A program made the translations under genes and the position numbers. From positions 5,394,001 through 5,458,000 of the forward strand of contig OZ361257.1 of NCBI GenBank assembly GCA_977018835.1: 64,000 nucleotides of DNA. Direction: 5' to 3'. Source of the DNA: Minutocellus sp. GHC0000111 (taxonomy: Eukaryota). Each line of letters opens with the position of its first letter. The stretch's first letter is position 1. Positions 59,929-64,000 of the stretch are shown one piece after another. Below the pieces are notes generated by a model. That model was not told the origin of the DNA, ran no database searches, and worked only from the letters and a program-made list of their open reading frames with translations.

Positions 59929-62900
59929 TCAAAATCGGCTATAGCGCAAGTCATTGTCGTACTTCCTCCTCGAAGATTCATCCGACAATGTGTCGTAGGC
60001 CTGCTGGACGGGAAGGAAGTCTTCGTCACTACCGCCCTTATCGGGGTGGTACTTAAGGGCCATCTTACGATATGCCTTCTTAATCTGTGCAACGGTGGCA
60101 CTTCTGCTGATACCGAGCACTTCGTAGTGCGTCCTTCCCTTCGGATTGCCCTCAGTTGGCGCGCTAGCTTCGCTCTGCTGCTGCTGGCGATAGGACTGGC
60201 TCCTCTGCTGCTGCTGCTGCTGATACTGCGCCCGAGGAGGGCTCCTGTGGTGCGAATAGCTCCTTCCAGTATTGCCTCCGGGCTTCTTCGGACTAGATCC
60301 GTTGAATGAGTCCCAACGCCGAGATCCATCATTTCCGGCAGACTCGTACCACTGCTGCTTCCGTCTGTGGGCATCGGATGTTGCCCCAGAAGCACCACCA
60401 CCGACACCGCCACTACGGAGATTGTCGTCGTACCATTTCTGTCTCTGGGCTCGAGCCCTAGCATTTGCTTCGGCCTCGGCCTGGGAATTCTTGGCCTTCA
60501 CGGCTTCATTGAGCTCAACCCGTGCCTTTTCGATATCATCGGGTGTGGTGTCACTCGGCTTATCGAAGTAGCAGGCAGCAGCGTATTCGGCCGCTGCGCT
60601 CTGAGGATTCCGCGCTGCGGCCTCCGCCAGAGAAATCCAATGCTGGTACTCGCTCACAGCTTCCTCATGGCGCTGTAGACGGCTATGACAGCGGGCGTGG
60701 CGAAGCATCGCCTTCATGTACAGTGTGTGAATGTGCAGGGCAGCAGTACACTCCTTGGCTGCCTCGCGGTATTGCTTCGTTGCCATGAAGCATGCCGCAC
60801 GGTTGCAGTGCAAGACGGCATGAAGACGACCACCTGCGTTGGATCCATCTGCGGTGGCAACGTCTTCACCTTCGGCATCGACAAGAAGGCAGGCGGCGTA
60901 CTTGGCAGCGGCCTCCTCGCACTGGCCCTTGCGAAAGAGAGCGTCACCAGTATCCTTGGTAGTGCAGGTACGAATTCGCTTCTTCTGCTCTCTCTCCAAC
61001 CATGTGATGGGACAACCAGCAAGATTGCCCTCTCAAGCGCTGGCCAACAAAACCGACGCGGCTCTCTGAGCCTCGGCATATCTCTCTTCCAATCTCAGAG
61101 CTCGCAAGTATATTGGAAGCATGGACATGGGCATTCTTCGGACTGCTTCTCCTACCGCTTCTTCTGAAAGGAGCTTGGGCGCGTTCGTTGCCGCATCCAA
61201 TACGGACAAATCGAAGTGGTCGCCCTTTAGGGTCTGAGCCAGAGGAGCGGATGGGTACGGATTGAGGCTGGCAAGGTCGTCGACAAAAACGCCGTCGAAT
61301 TTGACACAATCTGAAGCAAACCTCTCGCAGTGCAGCGCGAGATCGGCCCATCGCTTCATGTAAGCGAAGAGCTGTACAGTGTGCGAATGCAGCTCAACAT
61401 CTCCCGGCGCCAATTCAAGAGCAGTCTTGACGTGCGCAAGGATCTGAGCACCGTACCTCTGAGCAGCAACATTGGGAGGCAGGCCGGAGCAGTACTTGTT
61501 GATCTCGTTCTTTTCCTCGCGCAGACGTCTCGCATCGGTTTTATTGAGGGTTGCATCAGCGATGCTCTGATCCAGAAGATTGACGGCCTTCGGATCAACG
61601 TTGTCTCTGCCGTATCTGACAAAAGTTTCATCGGCAATGCGGATGGTGGTGTCGAAGGCCTCCTCGGCAGCATCGACTTTACCTGCCTTGAGTAGTGCGC
61701 GTCCCATTCGACCCAGCAGCCGAGAACGGAGAGCGGGTCCAGAGTCTGCCTTGAGATCCCAGACAGCAGCATCAGGAATCTGTTCGAGGCCCTTACGGCA
61801 ATCCGAAGCAGCGGCATCATAGGCACCAACCATCAACAAGGCGGCTGCGCGATTCCCAAGGGTCTGGGCGAGTATCAAATCGTTTTGGCCAAGTCTCGGG
61901 GTCACGGTAAAATTGCAGGTCCTAATCCTAAGAGCGGATGAGTACCGGACTACACTCTCCTGGTACCGCCGTTCAAGATAAAGCTCTCGACCCTCATCGC
62001 GGAGGGCGGCAATGTGAGCGACCTGGCCTTCGCTGGGCGCACTAGTGGGTACCGAAGGTGGCTTCGGAGCTGCTTCCGCAGGAGCGGGTGCAGGAGCAGG
62101 TGCAGACGCAAATGGATCAAGAAAGGGCATCGGGCCCGACGTGCTGTCAAAGCTAGCATCGACAGTAGTATTGACACCTCCACGAAACATGGACGAAGCC
62201 AAGGGCTTGGCTTCTGACTTCGTTCCAAATCCAGGCAACTTGTTCTTGCTTTTTCGGCCTCCCCGGGCGCGTGGGCTCTTCCGTGGTGAGGCTCCGATGG
62301 AAAAGTCCTGCTTCAAAGATGGGTCGACATTGGCAGCAGCGGCTGCGGCAGCTGCAGCCAAGGCTTCATCTGACGAGCTGGGGCGGCTGGTAGGCGAGGT
62401 GCCGGCCATTTCCACGTCCTTCTCCGCCGATGTCTGCGGGGCGACCATACTGGCTCGCTGACCCTTCGACTTGCCTTGCTTACGAGCACCACCATCCTTG
62501 CCCTTTGACAGATCCACACTGAATTGAAACGAATTTTGACCAATGCCTCCAATACCCTCACCTACTACCCACGCCAACAGCAGCTGCGGATCCCGCCTCC
62601 ACGTTGGCCGCTGGCGAAACCTTTCTTCTCATCTTGCCCTGCTTCGCATTGGTATGAGGGGGCTTTTTCAAGGGTTTGATCTTGGATCCGTTTTCCTGTG
62701 GTTGTTGCTCCTCGGGTGTTGCTGGCGGTGGCGGATCGAACGCAAAGCTCGATGGCGCACTGAATGCATTGACCTTCTCGGCGGGGCTGTGGAAGAAGCT
62801 CATCTCGGGCAATCCCTGCTCATCCAGGCCGCTATCTAGATCGAAGCTGTCGTCACTGTTCGGGGTTGGAAACGCCGCATCGGGGAAACCATGCTCGTCC

Positions 62901-63988
62901 GTATTGGACGCCGGAGTAGCCGCCGCTGCTGCAGCTGCTGTCGCGTCCTTGACACCTTGCGCCTCCGTCGCCTTGGCGTTGGCAAAGGCTTCCTTCGCCC
63001 TTGCTTCAGCTGCAGCCGGACCTGTCAGATTGGCGGCTGGAGTGGTGGATGCGCCCTCGTCCGCTTCAGTGGCATCCATATCCACACCCTCGCCCTCGGT
63101 CTCTGTGTTTCCGCGGGCTGCTTTGGCGGCTGCGGCGGCAGCAGCTGGGTCGGGAGAGGAGAATCCCTCCCACATGCCTTTGAGGTTGCTGAACTTGGAC
63201 GCAGTTCCTGGTGTTGCGCTGGCGTCGTTCGCCACCGTCGCCACTGGAGTCGATTGCATGGACGCCGCCTTGGTGGTAGGAGTAGCGTTGGGAGTACTCC
63301 TGCTCGCGGCAGTAGCTGCTGCAGGGACGCCAAATGGCTTGGACTGCTTCGATGCTGGAGTGTTGGTGGTAGAAGATGAGGCAGTACCATCGTTCTTCTT
63401 CTTGCTACTGCCATCCAGACCCAATCTTTGAACCCTGCTGGCAACGATGCCCTCGGGGGATCGTGCATTATTGCTGTTGTTATCCCGAGCAGCTATATCG
63501 GCGTTATCGTCCTCGTCGTCATCAATCTTCATTCTGCCCAAGAACTGAGCCTCCTTGTTGACCTTGGCGGAGCTGCTGGTTGTGGCTGCGGCGGTGGTGG
63601 TATCGGCAGTCTCAAATGCCAAACGAGCAGTTCGGAAGGTCAGTTCCTCAGCCGCGGCGGCAGCGGATGTTGCTGCAGCTCCGGTATCTTCGGCACCGTC
63701 CACGTCGACCCAGGAGCTGTCGGAATCAGCACCAGCGTCTGCCTTCTGCTGGAACTGCTGCTTCTCCTTCCTCGCCGAAGCGGCGGCGTGAGCGGCAGCC
63801 CTGGCGGGACTCATTTCGGCCCTCTTGGATTGATGCGCCTCGTCGTCCTCCATTGTGGTGGAGAACGGAGCCGGTCGCTTCCGGATCTGACATCGCATGA
63901 TGGCCTCGGCCATCTCCCGGATGCATACGTCGTCGAGTTCTCCGTCGAGGTTGAGAGCCCTTGGGAGATCGTTGATGAGATTGTCCAT
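59929..63988 (-). CDS. TPR + C-terminal DnaJ protein (DNAJC7-like); frameshift ~62570 and in-frame TGA at 61033-61035
   Basis: TPR motifs ([28 protein letters not shown]) and J-domain HYEVLG...[16 protein letters not shown]...AYDTLSD...R.KYD. Long disordered N-terminus. Confidence 0.9.
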
Positions 63989-64000
63989 GAGTTTAGGGCC

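Noticed and set aside
2600..61035. Alternative genetic code or stop read-through to explain in-frame stops
   Set aside because: Both TAG and TGA are involved, both serve as normal stops in intact genes here, and frameshifts co-occur, so decay or error is simpler.

Overview
Gene-dense eukaryotic nuclear DNA, very probably from a diatom (stramenopile). Evidence: short GT-AG introns, a bipartite signal-peptide+AF plastid presequence, and diatom-typical families (SH3BGR-like, helicase-associated HA, F-box-like). About 27 host genes are recognisable: mitochondrial uL11, alpha/beta-hydrolase, metaxin, TPK K+ channel, PCMT, sulfotransferase-like, two methyltransferases, WDR59-like, PI-PLC X, Myb/telobox, myosin, GH5 glucanase, histidine phosphatase, glutaminyl cyclase, CRAL-TRIO, several F-box-like genes and a TPR-DnaJ protein. 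Three insertions are visible. (i) An ~8.5 kb element (2093-10627) with 10-bp terminal inverted repeats splits the hydrolase and carries four cargo ORFs but no recognisable transposase. (ii) A 178-bp Tc1/mariner-type MITE with 31-bp TIRs and a TA duplication rewrites a gene's C-terminus. (iii) A ~2.6 kb TAG...CTA element lies inside an intron. The most striking signals are a cargo ORF almost devoid of TpA, with Tyr apparently converted to Cys/His (a possible TpA-directed hypermutation process), and window-wide gene damage (frameshifts, in-frame stops, a deletion fusing two convergent genes), which is either haplotype decay or partly assembly error. No RNA genes or CRISPR arrays were seen. Family calls come from motif recognition only; no searches were run.
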